64,000 nucleotides of DNA from the NCBI GenBank assembly GCA_002633005.1, contig NMRA01000670.1:101843-165842 (forward strand), in the 5' to 3' direction. How positions within the stretch are numbered: the stretch's first letter is position 1; each line of letters opens with the position of its first letter. The DNA comes from Phoronis australis. Its lineage: Eukaryota; Animalia; Phoronida. Positions 27,331 through 40,380 of the stretch are shown piece after piece. A program made the position numbers and the translations under genes. A model generated the notes under the pieces. It ran no database searches. It worked only from the letters and a program-made list of their open reading frames with translations, and was not told the origin of the DNA.

Positions 27331-28655
27331 GTTAAGGTACATATAAGATTTATCAGCTAATAACAGATGTTTGACAATAGATGGCAGTACCTACAACAGC
27401 TAAAATGTCCTCAAATGGAATGTTTAAGGGAAAATTGCATTTTAAACAAGTCAACATCTCCTAATTAACCTATGACTTTGTTGTTGCTTCTTTACTTAAA
27501 CCTGATATTCAATAAGTATTTGCCTTTAGTGTTATGCAAGCGAGACTGATTTATAATAAAATCTCTCCAATTTAAGACATACATGATTACCAAAATTAAA
27601 TTTTTTCACTTTTCAAAGTTTCTTAAATTTTTGAACGTCCAAATCTTCTCACAAAAGTGTGATATATAACTTAAACAAGATATTTATTTGGTACAAGTTA
27701 TTTTTTATGAAAAAGGAAAAAGTAAAAGAAAATTGTCTGCTATACAGTGTCCTGAATGGATAAGATTCTAGCATAATTTGTTTTGTAAAATTGAAAAGAT
27801 TTGTAGTAGCTGGAGTTTTGAAAAACAAAAAAGTGCTAATTCGATGATATTAATAGTGATAAACTAATGTCAAGTACAACAATTTGCAACAGTATCACCA
27901 AGGACTGCTACATTCCCTAATGCATTCACAAACAACAATTACCAAGACTAAAAATAGACTTTTTGGGGGTGTTACCAACACACAGTAATTGCAGATTTAG
28001 TTTGACAAATATGCAATGTCTATTGATAACTGAAGTGGTTGTGCAACAAATACATTACTGGTAGTATAGTGAGGAGAAAGTGACTTCCAGCACAAGCCAT
28101 GAGGACATTACAATGGGAGGAAGGGGAGACAACTACAATGCCAAAGTAAACATTGGTCAAAATTAGTACCGTAGTTCTTCATTACCAAAGTATAACTTTA
28201 TAACTTATGCACTCTCATAATTGGATGTTTAGCCCTGGTCAATCATCAATTATGAAAAATTTGTCCGATTCCCATGACTAATATTAAGTTTCATATGACT
28301 CATCTCTTATTAATCTATTAACAACCAATTTTGGTTTCCGAACTAAGGAAATATGAAAGCAAAAGTGATTCTCAGTGGAATGAATACTTGTTTTGAAGGG
28401 TCCTTTTATTGTTAACACTTCATTCAGCAGTTTGGAATGCAGATTTCTATTTTCACAACGCAGACACATGCTTCAGTTTCGAAAGATGATGCTCAGTTGA
28501 AAATGCTCAATGACAGCATTCCATGACATCCACTGTGTGTGAATTAAGCAAGAGGAAAAAGAAATATACATGGCCAGACAAGTAGAAACTATTTAATGAA
28601 AAACATTACATTTAATTCTGCAACCTTACACATGGTGCAAGTGTATGTCACACAG

Positions 28656-28900
28656 TGATAATGGTAACAACAACACCATGTCACAGGATCACATAAGTAC
28701 CAACAACCAGGGTGTCACCACCAAACAACAGGCTTCAGGGACATAACAACATGGTGTGCCAACACCATCATCAACAACAGCTTGTGGTGATGAGGCACTC
28801 TATGAGACCCTAGACTGATCTAACAAAGATGGTCAAGTGTATGAAGCACTGCACAATGGACCTAAAGGGATTCCACTTATTACAAACCTCTTATTATACT
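28656..28900 (+). pseudogene. Receptor gene 2 cytoplasmic-tail exon with in-frame stops and an ITAM-like motif
   Basis: CACAG| acceptor in phase 2; DNGNNNTMSQDH...ASGT*QHGVPTPSSTTACGDEALYETLD*SNKDGQVYEALH; TAA at 28744, TGA at 28816. Confidence 0.6.
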
Positions 28901-30444
28901 GGTTTTTGCAAAAATGTTTAAGCATTTGTAACAAGATTAACATAAAAGTGAATTGAAATCTTTTAACTGAAATGGTAAAGGGGTATTTGAATAGGCCTAT
29001 TGTTGCCAAATGATCCCCAGTCCTGAGAAGTTGACATAGGCCCTAAGGGCCCTTGTCAAGGAAGGGGTTTATTCAATTGGTTTAATCCAGAATTCTCAAA
29101 GCATGGACCTTCATCGTTAGCCAGGACTAATTATGAAAAACGATTCCAAAAAGCAGGGAATTCCCCAACCACTGGTGGGTTACCATGGAGCAGTAATTCA
29201 AGACAATTATAGAAGGCGTGGTCATAAATTTTGCAAGGATTTGACAATCTATCATAGCCAAAAAGATCAAACTGTATTTAATGTCAAAAAAAAAAAAAAA
29301 TTAATGTCATGACCACAAAATACCCAAGTATTTCCACCAAGTTGGGTTACCAAGGCGACAACTGAAACATGGGACACATGTACAGGATATTATGAGTGAA
29401 ATACACATTGGAATTATCAAGACCTTTTAAAGTATTCCTAGATATATCCTGCCTCCTACACAGATGTTAGCAAGCTGCTTTGTGTTAAAATTAAGACAAC
29501 ATTATGGGGTTCAAACTCAGCCTTCTAAACAAAACTTCAGGACACTGTAACATTCTGATCTGATAACAACAAAAATTACCACTTTATAACCAAAAAAATA
29601 TGGACTCACTCTCCCACAATAAATCAGGAATTTTTAGCAGATCACACAATCTTGTTTTCATAACACCAACAAGAAATCGTCACTTTTCAAAGCTTTAATT
29701 TCAACCCCAGCGGAGAAGTCGAGAATTCACATCCAGGTCACTTTCAAATGAAAACAAAAAGGCAGTGGGTACCAGAAGATATGTCAGCAACAATTGCACT
29801 TGAAGTAATACCTTATAATCATGGTTTATGACTATGAAATTGCTATTTAAAATTTTTTAAAAAAATTATCGGTCAGACTGTCAATATCTGACCCCAATAA
29901 AGCTATTTTGTTGAGTTCATCGGGTAGTAAGGGCATCATACTCCACGCCCCATCCAAGCTGTCTTTTTTTGAAAGGTCGCTAAATGACTACCCGGCTGGT
30001 CATCTACATATAATTTTTTTTCAGACTGCTCTAAATTTTAGAATGCTAATGTGACTTAAAGGAACTACATGTATGCAAGAATTTTGGAATTTGCTAAAAC
30101 TTGTTTCCTGGTACAAAAGCAGCATTGCACATTGATTTTTCAATTCAGTAAAATTTACAAACAGTGCGTGTTCAAAAAATAGGAACACTTCTACAACAGA
30201 AAGGCTAGCTTAAAAAGGCTATCCTAGATTGTATTGTTTACAAAAATAACATTCCTAGGTGAACAGGTAAGGTCAGTCAGCCAGTTCCAGTTTCAGAGAT
30301 GACACTGGCTTTGGGAATGTGACAAAAATTGGAGGTGACTTCAAATCCAGAAAAAGATGACTAAGTGATGCAGTCGTAACTTCATGAAATGAAGATCAGC
30401 AGACAACAGAGACAGGTTGAGGGAACATAAAACCCTCACAGGAC

Positions 30445-30517
30445 ATGGAGAACTTCAAACTGGCTACATGGGCAGTGCTTGCTACCATTGTACACCATTA
30501 TGTACAGGCAGAATCAG
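30445..30517 (+). CDS. Receptor gene 3 exon 1 (signal peptide MENFKLATWAVLATIVHHYVQAES)
   Basis: GACATGG start, hydrophobic core, VQA cleavage-like site, CAG|GTAAGT phase-1 donor. Confidence 0.8.
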
Positions 30518-32245
30518 GTAAGTTGGGTGAATGGCATGTAGTGCTTGAATCTACTTACACAGGTGTTACGTTTTGTAAAGGTTTGCAATTTACGGAAACT
30601 AGAACTTGCAGTAGAAATGTGTTTGAAAACTTGATGACTTGACATTGCTTACATTAAGTATGACTTCAGCTTTTCATAACCATAAAGCCATGAAGAATAC
30701 TGTCTAAGAACAAACAAGTGAAGTGAACGATTCATGAGTTCATAATTTTACGGAGGTAACAACCTACGGTAGTTGAATACCATTTGAGAAAAACGCAGAT
30801 CACATCCACATAATGGGTACAGAGCGACATCTGACTGTCATTCAAAATCCAGTCCTAGAGAATACTAGTATCTAAACAACTAGAGAAATAAGTCAGAAAG
30901 GCAATAACAAAAAATGGTGAAAACCCCAAACCAACACTTTTTTAACAATAAATTAAGACAAACACCACCAATAAAGCAGAAATGCAGACCTGGGATGATA
31001 CCTGAGAGGGCAACATACCACCCTCCCCAGTTTGTGAAACTGCTACCAATCCCTCCCATGGCATTGCCCCAAACAATAAAATACATTAATAAGTTGTCAT
31101 TTAAAATACATGTAAAAACACTCATGTGTATAGTGACATTTATTAACATGAAACACTTTTACAGCTATTGTTGTCACCTTTGAGCCAGTGCAGACGGAGA
31201 GCTGCAAGCTCAGACAGTGGCCTCAAGAGCAAGATAGCACACATGACACAGGCCATGAAAATATGACAGCAACTGAATGTACTGGCCTAACTGTTTGAAC
31301 TTTGGACTCAAGTTGGTGGAAATTAGTGGGGGAAACTTTCACTAAACATATGCGGCTTCATTAGTAGGATCCTTACTCAGACTACACAGTAGTTAGCTGG
31401 TTTCCACTCAGTTTTTGTTACATTTTGAAGATCGTGCTGAAACTATCTTCTTGGTGTGACAGGACCCTAATCTTTTAAACTCAGACTTGTAATCTGTGAT
31501 ATTGATCTGTAATTCATGTTAAATATATGAGGACTCATTAAGTATTGTTTTAAGGCTACCAAATGAATGATAAAACCACGTAGTTTATACATGAAACCGG
31601 AAGTACAGTATTTATTTGCTGCGGGATTGACGTCAATACAAAATAGCGACTGCCATTGGCTAATAGAATTAAAAATACGAAAACTAAAATATATCAATAA
31701 TAATATAACATCTCCCTCTTTCAGACGACACACAAAGTCACATGACAACTATTTAGAATGTCTTTCAGTCTTTGAGAGTTCAAATAAAACGTTCGTATCA
31801 CCACAAAGTCTCTTGGAACACAAGTCTTTTAGAACACACTACTCACTTAAAGTAATTTCCTTAAGGTACACAAAAACACAAATTCTTTAGGAGGAGAGAT
31901 TACTAGCACTTCACTCCATTGTCACCATGGATTATTATATAGAATCCAGGCATTGTATAAACACAAACACACTAAATTGATTCGATCAGTCGATCAGGTC
32001 TTTTAACACAACGGCCTGAGCGACGAGGAGATCCCGGAGAGTGTGAAGTCATAGGCACTACACACTGTTTAGGAACAACACAAGTAGGTGGCGCATGAGA
32101 GGTGTCCTTCGATGACATGGTTGTTGCTGTAGGATCAGTTGTTATCGGTGGCATCTCCCTAAGATGACGGCGGTTCCTTCTACAACCCCCAGACTTAAAC
32201 TTAACTAGATATGATCCTGGCGTGCTCGCTTCACCGCGGACGTCA

Positions 32246-32424
32246 CCCGGGTGAGAATTTGACACGTTTGACACGCTTTAAAAACGTGGAGTATTGGAAC
32301 GCCCTAAAAACGTGTCAAACGTGTAAAACATGGTGTGTCAAATGTGTAAAATGTAGAGTGTCCAACGTGTCAAGAACGTGTAATTTTCGTTCCAATACTC
32401 AGATAAGTGTGTAAAACGTGGCGA
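32246..32424 (+). mobile_element. Terminal fragment of the CCCGGG-TIR element inside the Gypsy integrase C-terminal region
   Basis: Near-identical to 58409-58580 and 63482-63620. Confidence 0.85.
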
Positions 32425-35400
32425 TTCCCGGCTCGGTCCATCCTTTCTCATTATCTGTCTTGACTAAGGCTCTCCTTGTTGAAGCGGTTGAAGTTGGTTA
32501 TAAGACGTCGAAGATGTCGCCTTGTACTTCTGATCTTTGGCAAGGATCTGCTCTCGGTTTGGCCATACAGGCTCTAGTGTTGAGGATGGAACAGGTAGTG
32601 TAGTTCTCAAATGTCTTTCTACTGTGAGCTGTTATGGACTAGCTCCCGTTGCCGCAATCGGGGTGTCTCGGTAGACCATCAATTAGCAAGCCAGGGGTCA
32701 TCTTGGCTCAGCATTAAGTTTTAGCTGTTCGAACTCTGCATCCCTGTTGGAATTAGGAAGATAAGGACTGGAGGTGACATGACGAAAAATGTATTTAGAT
32801 GCAAACTCTCTGAACTCCGCGGACGTAAATTGTGGACCATTGTCAGATACGACCTCGGTTGGGACACCGAATCGAGCAAATACGTCTTTCATGCAGCAGA
32901 TGACGGCTGTAGCGTTTGTTGAACTGAGGGTGAGAATCTCTATCCAACATGAGTAGTTGTCACACATCACTAGGTAGTTCTTGCTTTTGAAGAAGAACAA
33001 ATCAACCCCGAGTCGCTGCCATGGACCCTGAGGCAATGGAGTTGTCATATGAGGTTCACGCTTTTGGGTTGGCTTCTTCGCTGTACAGTGACTACACAAT
33101 TTAACAGTCCTCTTTATATCATTGGTGATACCAGGCCACCACACACCTAGCTGTGCTCTCTCGAGACACTTTGTCACTCCCTGATGGCCGTCATTGATTC
33201 TGTCAAGTATTTCTGGTCTCATACCATGGAGAACAACGATGCACATGTGCATATAGACTCTTCGAGCTTTCAGGAACATCTCTTTCATACTTCGACCAAC
33301 CAGTTAGGGTGTACACGATGGCTGACCTCAGTACTGGATCATCAGACGTTGCTTTACGAATGTTCATCTTCTTGTCGTGTGTAACTGGCAGGCTTGACTC
33401 AATTTACTGTAAATGTAGTTGAACATCTTGGTCAGTTGAAGAATCTTTTAGGGTGAGAGGGCTTCTTGATAACGCATCAGACACGTGCATATCCTTTCCT
33501 GGGACAATGTGTCGCTGTGGCACCATATCTCATCAGTCTCATTAAAAGCCTCTGGCAGCATAGTTGTACTTCAACCAGGCTATTGGAGTTGATAAGAGGG
33601 ACAAGAGGCTTGTGGTCGGTATATATTGTGACATTGCTGTGCCCACAGATATTGCGTTCAAACTTTTCGCATGCCCACACACTCGCCCAACATTCTTTCT
33701 CAAACTGGGCATACTTCTGTTCACTCTGTGTGAGGGTGCGAGAACAAAAGGCTATTGGCTTAAGAGTGCTGTCCTGCTGCTGTAACAACACACCACCCAG
33801 GCCATAAGAACTGGCATCAGCGCATACAATAATTGGCTTTGTCACATCACTGTAAGACAAGACGGGAGTTGATGCAATAAGCCGTTTCGTCCCTTTAAAT
33901 GCTTCTTCTTGGGGCGCATCCCAAGTCCATTGGCGGTCTGACTTCAATAGATCATTTAGTGGACTGGTGACAGAGTTGAGGTCAGGTAGACATGAACCAA
34001 GGTAGTGTACCATTCCCATGAGCTGACGAACTTGAGTGACTGACTTGGGCAGCTGCATGGCTGTAACTTTGCCTGGGTCGGCCCGTATTCCATTCTTACT
34101 GAATAGGTGACCTTAGGAACTTCAGCTCTTCTTTCCTGTACAAGCATTTATCTTTATTAAGCTTCAGGCCAGCTCGGTGAAGGGTTTCAAGGATCTTTGA
34201 CAACCTAGCGTCGTGTTCGGCAGCATTCGCACCATACACCAAGATATTGTCCATATACACAAACATGCCGTCCAGGCCCTCTAGCACTTCTTGCATTTTC
34301 CTCATGAAGATTTCAGGGGCAGAGGTGATGCCGAATCGAAGACGACAAGAAACGATAATGCACAAAAGGGGTAATGAAATTAATTTTAGTCCTGGCTCTC
34401 TTCTGCTAGAGGGATCTGGTAGAAACCACTCGGTGCGTCAAGACATGAGAAAATTGTTGCTCCCACGAGTTTCGAAGTCACATCCTCTAGGATTGGCAGG
34501 ACGAATCTTTCTGGTTGGATGTTCACATTCAACTTCTTTAGATCGACACAGAATCTGACTTTGCCCGTTTCTTTCAAGACAGTTACCATCGGGGCACACC
34601 ATGGCGTAGGTTACAACCTTGATGATTCCAAGTTTGGTAAGACGGTGAATCTCCTCTTTCACGTTCTTCTCAAGTGGAAACGGAATACGTCGAGCTACGT
34701 TTAGGGCATATGGCTGGGCATTCTCCTTCAGGGATATCTTGAATGGGTCAGTATTGAGAAGTTCTATATCTTCAGTAACTCGAACGATAAGGTTCATCTG
34801 ACTGGCCACTCCCCGGCAAAGAAGACTTTCAACTTTTCCATCAACCACCATCACACGAAAATGATAATTCTGTCCCTTGAACACAGTTCTTGGGACGAAC
34901 TGTCCTTGACAACTAAGAGGACCGCCAGGGCTTGACAGCTTTTAGTCTTGATATCTTTCAGAGGAGGTCTTGACTTCATCTGGAGATACTGGGAGTACGA
35001 CGTGATGGACACATCAGCACTGGTGTCTATACTGAATGCTTCTGAAGAGTTGCCCAAGGTGAGAGTCACCTTCCAAGCGGGGTCGTTATCATCACAGCTT
35101 AAGACGCCTAGGAAGTAGTCAACATTTACTGCACCACAGAACTGATCAGCCTGTTGGTCGTCCTCCTCTTCGTAAACTTCATTTACTTTGTTCTTACGGC
35201 ATACGGAGGCGAAGTGACCCTTTTTCGAACAGAACCGACATATTTTCCTTCTGGCAGGGCAGGCTTCAGGCCCAGGGGATCTATGGACGTAACCACAATT
35301 AGGGCATTCCTTCTTCCCCGACTGGTCTCCACTAGATTGCTTGGAGTTGGATTGGCTCTGACGCTGGTGTGATGATTTCTTGGGCGATTTTTTTTTCTGA

Positions 35401-35974
35401 CTTTTACCCCCTTTTTTCACAAAACTGACAGATCCACCTTCACTCTGGTTAGACTGGACAAGTTCTTTGTAAAGAGCAGTGTCTATGGCCTTTGAAAGTG
35501 TCATGTTTTCCTGTTCCATTTGAAGATCACGCGACAATTCTTTGTCGGTCATCCCTGAGACAAGACGGTCTCGAATATGCTCATCTTCTTTTTCGCCGAA
35601 ATTACAATGAGCTGCTAGTTAATGTAGACTTCTAACAAATCTTTCAACTGACTCACCCTGCTGTTGGCTACGTTGATAAAATTTTGTTCTCTCATGGATA
35701 TTTTTTTTTGCGTGGAACAAAATAGCCCTCGAATTTCTGCAGAACCGTATTGAAATCGTCTTTTGGATCTGGTGGATTTGGCACCTCCTCTGTTGGAACA
35801 GATGTTTCAAATTTGAATGACTTGAAGATGTGTTCGGCTGGACGACCCATCGTATACACAAGTGCAGAGACTTGTACATCACCTCCTTCATCCCTGATTT
35901 TCTCTAGAATGTAATATCGCATAAACCTGGTTTTCCGGTCTGGCCATGATGACGATGGTTTCGAGAAATCAAAT

Positions 35975-36045
35975 GCACACACACGCGCATGCGCACGCGC
36001 ACGCACACGCGCACGCGCACGCGCACGCACACACACACACACACA
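35975..36045. repeat. (GCAC/GC)n-(CA)n microsatellite at the start of gag
   Basis: Direct reading. Confidence 0.9.
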
Positions 36046-36734
36046 GATTGACAGTATACAGTTATACAGTAGTAGTAGATATTGACAGTTCACGAACGAG
36101 CTAGTCTATAGATTTGACGATCAGTGACACGGACAGTAATGACACAAATTTGACTTGACTGATGTGATGACTTGACTTTAAGACTTGACAAGGAAACAGG
36201 AGTCGATCCCACCTTTCCAGTTATCACTTTTGTGCCGACTGACATGCAGGGAATGCTCAATTGACGATATGACAGCTGTGTACGTAGACAATGTGGTCAC
36301 AACAAGCGATGATTTCATCCACAAAAATCTACCTTTTCATTCGACCATCCACCTTCAAACTATAGACCTAACTGTTCTCTGAGGCTTTATCTTTCGTTTT
36401 CAGTGATTTTCATTTAGTATTTCGAAGCATCCAACTCCTGACACCATGTTTTAAGGCTGCCAAATGAATGATGATAAAACAACGTAGTTTACATGAAACT
36501 GGAAGTACAGTATTCATTTGCTGCGGGATTGACGTCAACAGAAAATGGCGACTGCTATTGGCTAATAAACTCAAAAATACGAAAACTAAAATATATCAAT
36601 AATAATATAACAAGTATATTAAGATTTATTTGCAAATACACATAACACTTTGGTTATTATAATTTGGTGGTTGTTTTTTCATCAATGTCTTAAATCAGCT
36701 TTCTGATATAGTGTGATTTTTTTCTTTTTTCCAG

Positions 36735-37055
36735 GTCTTTCACGTGTGATTGGCTGTCATGACAGGGGAAACATCAGACTACAATGCAACATAACTGGAC
36801 AAATCATTTCATTTGACTCAATACTCTATGGCTGGAATAAAAACCCAACTGTGTGTGATCTGTCAGCTGGAGGATGTAACAATGGCCCATATTTTGGCGG
36901 AGTGGTCATAGAAGACTTTTTGAAAAATTTCCATGCTCAATGCACAAATAAAACATCATGCAACATTGCAGTACGTCAACAAACAGATCTACTGAAAGAC
37001 TGTATGGAAAGTAACAAAACAAGCTATGCAGTAATCTACTATCAATGCATCTCTG
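36735..37055 (+). CDS. Receptor gene 3 exon 2: SUEL-like lectin domain
   Basis: Strong polypyrimidine CCAG| acceptor, G|GTAAGT donor, 321 nt, phase 1-1. C...LQC...ILYG...C...C...QCTNKTSCNI...DC...SYAVIYYQC. Confidence 0.85.
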
Positions 37056-38289
37056 GTAAGTATCACCATCAGACCTTCCATAAGAAAAATTTTCAAACCC
37101 AAGATTGTTTTTAAGTCATCTCCCCCACTGCTCTAGGACTTGTTGTAATGATTAGTCATTGCTGCACAAGATCATGGTAAGGTATACATACGACTGTGAG
37201 CGTCTCATTCATTAGATAGACACATTCATGATATGATGGGACTGACATTTGTGATAGCCTTCAAAGTGTGGGCAGCCATTTTTGCAAAAAACACAAACTT
37301 GAAAATTCAATTCCATGTAAAGAACTCATTACCAGTTGAATGGCAATTCAATCCTATCTTGGAAATTCAATGCTATAACATCAATTCAATTTATAGCTGA
37401 ACTCAATGATGTTTTGTTTATTCTGACCTGTTTTATATGATTTTAATGCTCTTTAATCTTTTCTGTTTCGTCTATCCTATCCTATCCTGCTGTGAATTCA
37501 ATCCCGTCTCATGAATTCAATCCAGTTTCGTCCATTCTGTTTCGTCAACCCTAATGACCTATAGGCAAAACCAATAACTATTCTATCCTGTGGTGAATTC
37601 AATTCCGTTTCATGAATTCAATCCAATTTCGTCGATGCAGTTTCGCCAACCCTAGTGGCATATGGGTAAAATTAATAACTTCTTGTGTTTTATCATGTCG
37701 TGAATTCAATCCTATTTTGTCAATTCTGTTTCGTCGATCTTTAACGACCCATGGACGTTTCAGTTGTCTTAGCACTACGTTGTCTGGTGTGATGCTCGCC
37801 AGAAGCGAAGCACAGGCACTTGAGTTTATATGTTCCTGTTCACCACTGACGTCACTCACTATTAATACATAAAGGTTGGTCACTAACTCGGTTTCCCCAG
37901 AATTTTCTACTCAAATGTGCATGGAACTCTACGAAATAAGCATCGAACAAATTTTTGAATACCTTCTTTCACTTGATCACATCAAATTACTTTCAAGTGG
38001 TGATTTGGCGACAAAAATGTCAAAAACCACCAAAATCACAAATTCAAGGAGGCTATTTGATGATGTTCGTGGCAGACAACCTTCAAACACATCTGGATTT
38101 TTCATGGACGTTCCCGAAGCAATTTCGAAGCTCTGTTTTAGCACCCTCACATGACTGTTACTGAGTGCCCTCCACATTAATTAGTATCAATTTTAATGCA
38201 TCAAAACTCTAGTTTTGTATCATTATTTGCCCTCTTTGAATTCAGTTTTCTGATTGTTTTGGAAATTCCGTCGCCAATTCAACACTAAC

Positions 38290-38600
38290 AAGGGCAATCA
38301 ATGGTATCAGGGGAAGATAAGGCTTCAGAGGTTTATGCAATACCAGTCTCAGGGAGGTGTAAGCAGATTTTATTTGGGTTTGAGGCAGTTGAAGTTGGGA
38401 GCCTAGGTTCGGTAAAGTTCTAGTGTCCAACCTTCATGTTTCTTATATGGTTAAGAGTCATCGGGAAATTATTCTGCCTGTGAAGCGAAACAAGAACTGC
38501 ATTGTAGTTTCTATTACAATGTAGCAAAGGCAACTGCTCTCCAATATTATTGGTCTTTTGACTATCGAAGTTGACCAGCTTCACAATGTGAACAAACAAC
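38290..38600 (-). mobile_element. Highly decayed LINE RT C-terminal fragment
   Basis: RTLPNLGSQLQLPQTQIKSAYTSLR resembles the RTLGFLRRNL..CP..K..AY.SLVRP motif. Confidence 0.45.
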
Positions 38601-38778
38601 CCAATATACATTTCCTGACTTCCCCAACAAAGTCACATAACTGGATTCTGGCAGCCAATTTGGCTATACTCAGGGACACCGTACTAGGATGGCAAGCTCA
38701 ACAAAGCCTACGATTACATCTACTACGAGACCCACCAGTGCCCACCGGCCGCCAGGTTTGACGAAACTGGATTGAACT

Positions 38779-40380
38779 CACAATAAGAAAAATAAAGTGA
38801 AAATCTCACTGGATTCCAGTGAGATTCCAGTTAGTTTCTCACTAAATCACCCATTATAGTTAGAAATGCCAGTGAGAACCCAGTGGGAATTGAACAGCTG
38901 GGCAGACAGTGAGAAAATAGTGAGAAAATGTTATGTTAGTGAGAATCCAGTGAGAATTTTGGTCTTACGAAACTTCTGAGTGAGAATTGAGTGAGAATTT
39001 GGACTTGCCAAAATTGGAGTGAGAATTCAATGAGACTTTAACAAAAACAAACACTCTGATTGGCTGTTCCTGTGGAAATTTCAGTTGAACCAGATTTCCG
39101 AGTTCAAACTAAAATGGCGCCAGGAATGAGCAGTTACAGAAACAGCTTGAAGATTATTGATGTTATTCTCACAAATATTGTGAAATTACTAAACATTTTG
39201 CCTGCAAGTCAACCAGAGGGGATCCTGGACAGTGTGAGTTAATAAGCTTAAGGTTAGTACATTTCATACTTCTAGTAGATTGCATGAAGCACCAATATTA
39301 GACTGTCTTCAGCTGAGTTTTTGGTATTTTGCTGATTCACCAAAGGCATTAAAATTGTTAGGGTAAGTCTGCTATATTTCACAATTTGCAAAATTAAATT
39401 GTATCTTTAATCAAATTTCAAGATAAACTCACAAAACAAGCAGTGTTTTGGCTACCAATAAAGCTTTGAACTCTCACATGACGGCGACATCCCGTTGCTC
39501 CCAACTAGTTCGATTCTATAGCCCAACAACAAGTTGGGAAGTTCACCCCGTAGCCAATATCGTACACGACTGATTAACTCCATTCTGACATATATGGTTG
39601 GAGGGCCTGCGCTCTTTTGTTCAATAATTGCTCTAATCTCCGATCAAATCGTATCTAGAATGACTGGGCTGGGCTGATAAAAATGAAAGTTAAGTCATAA
39701 CATATTTGAGCTTAAACCAATAGCATTTCTGAATGCTTCGTCAAATGCTGATCATGTTCCGTTTTTGAATCACCAAAATTGCCCAACTACAACCGAAGTT
39801 AAGACAATCTATTTTGTCCAAACGGACGCACTGGGTTTGACTGTTCCTACGTGTTGGGTAAAAGTGTGCAACTACCATGCGTTGCCTTTGAAGCCTGGGA
39901 GATAATTGGCCTGCTTGATATCATACAGGACAAAAGACTGAGCTGGGCAGTTAACAAAAGAGCCAGATGTTATCGCACTTTCAGCACCCCTCACGTCTGG
40001 AAAAGTTACTGAACGATAGAACGCTGTAATGATCTATTCAGTCAGTGGCAATATAAAATGCACACACCGAATTTTCTAAGATTAAAATTCTCACCCAATG
40101 AAATTTTCACCCAGTGAGAATTTCAGTAAAACAAATTCTTACTAATTTGCATAGTATTCTCACTCAGTGGGAATTTCATTAAGACAAATTCTCACTGAGT
40201 GGGAATTCTATGCAAATTAGTTAGATTATCATTGAATTCTAACTGGAATATCACTGTATTCTCACTAGAGTGAGATTTTTCGTAATTTGAATGGCATCTT
40301 AATTAGTTCGATTCTCACTGGAAACTCCTGGAATATAGTGAGATTCTAAATGGCTGTCTATTTATTTATTTATTATTGTG
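38779..40380. mobile_element. CAC-terminated MITE (CMC/EnSpm-like) with GTGAGAAT subterminal repeats
   Basis: CACAATAA ... TTATTGTG termini; GTGAGAAT repeats on the left, mirrored by ATTCTCAC on the right. Confidence 0.7.

Larger units (their letters stand above)
31546..36612 (-). mobile_element. Gypsy (Mag-like) LTR retrotransposon, full-length but decayed
   Basis: LTRs 31546-31710 and 36447-36612 (TG..CA); AGTAT target duplication; PBS TGGTGTCAGGAGTTGG (tRNA-Leu type); PPT AAAGAGGGAGA. Gag CCHC knuckle, protease DTSAD, RT YMDN, RNase H and integrase SDNGPQF lie in frameshifted pieces. Confidence 0.95.

Noticed and set aside
28070-28145. Possible extra cytoplasmic exon of gene 2 (EEKVTSSTSHEDITMGGRGDNYNAK)
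   Set aside because: Poor acceptor tract and weak donor; its end phase does not fit the next exon.
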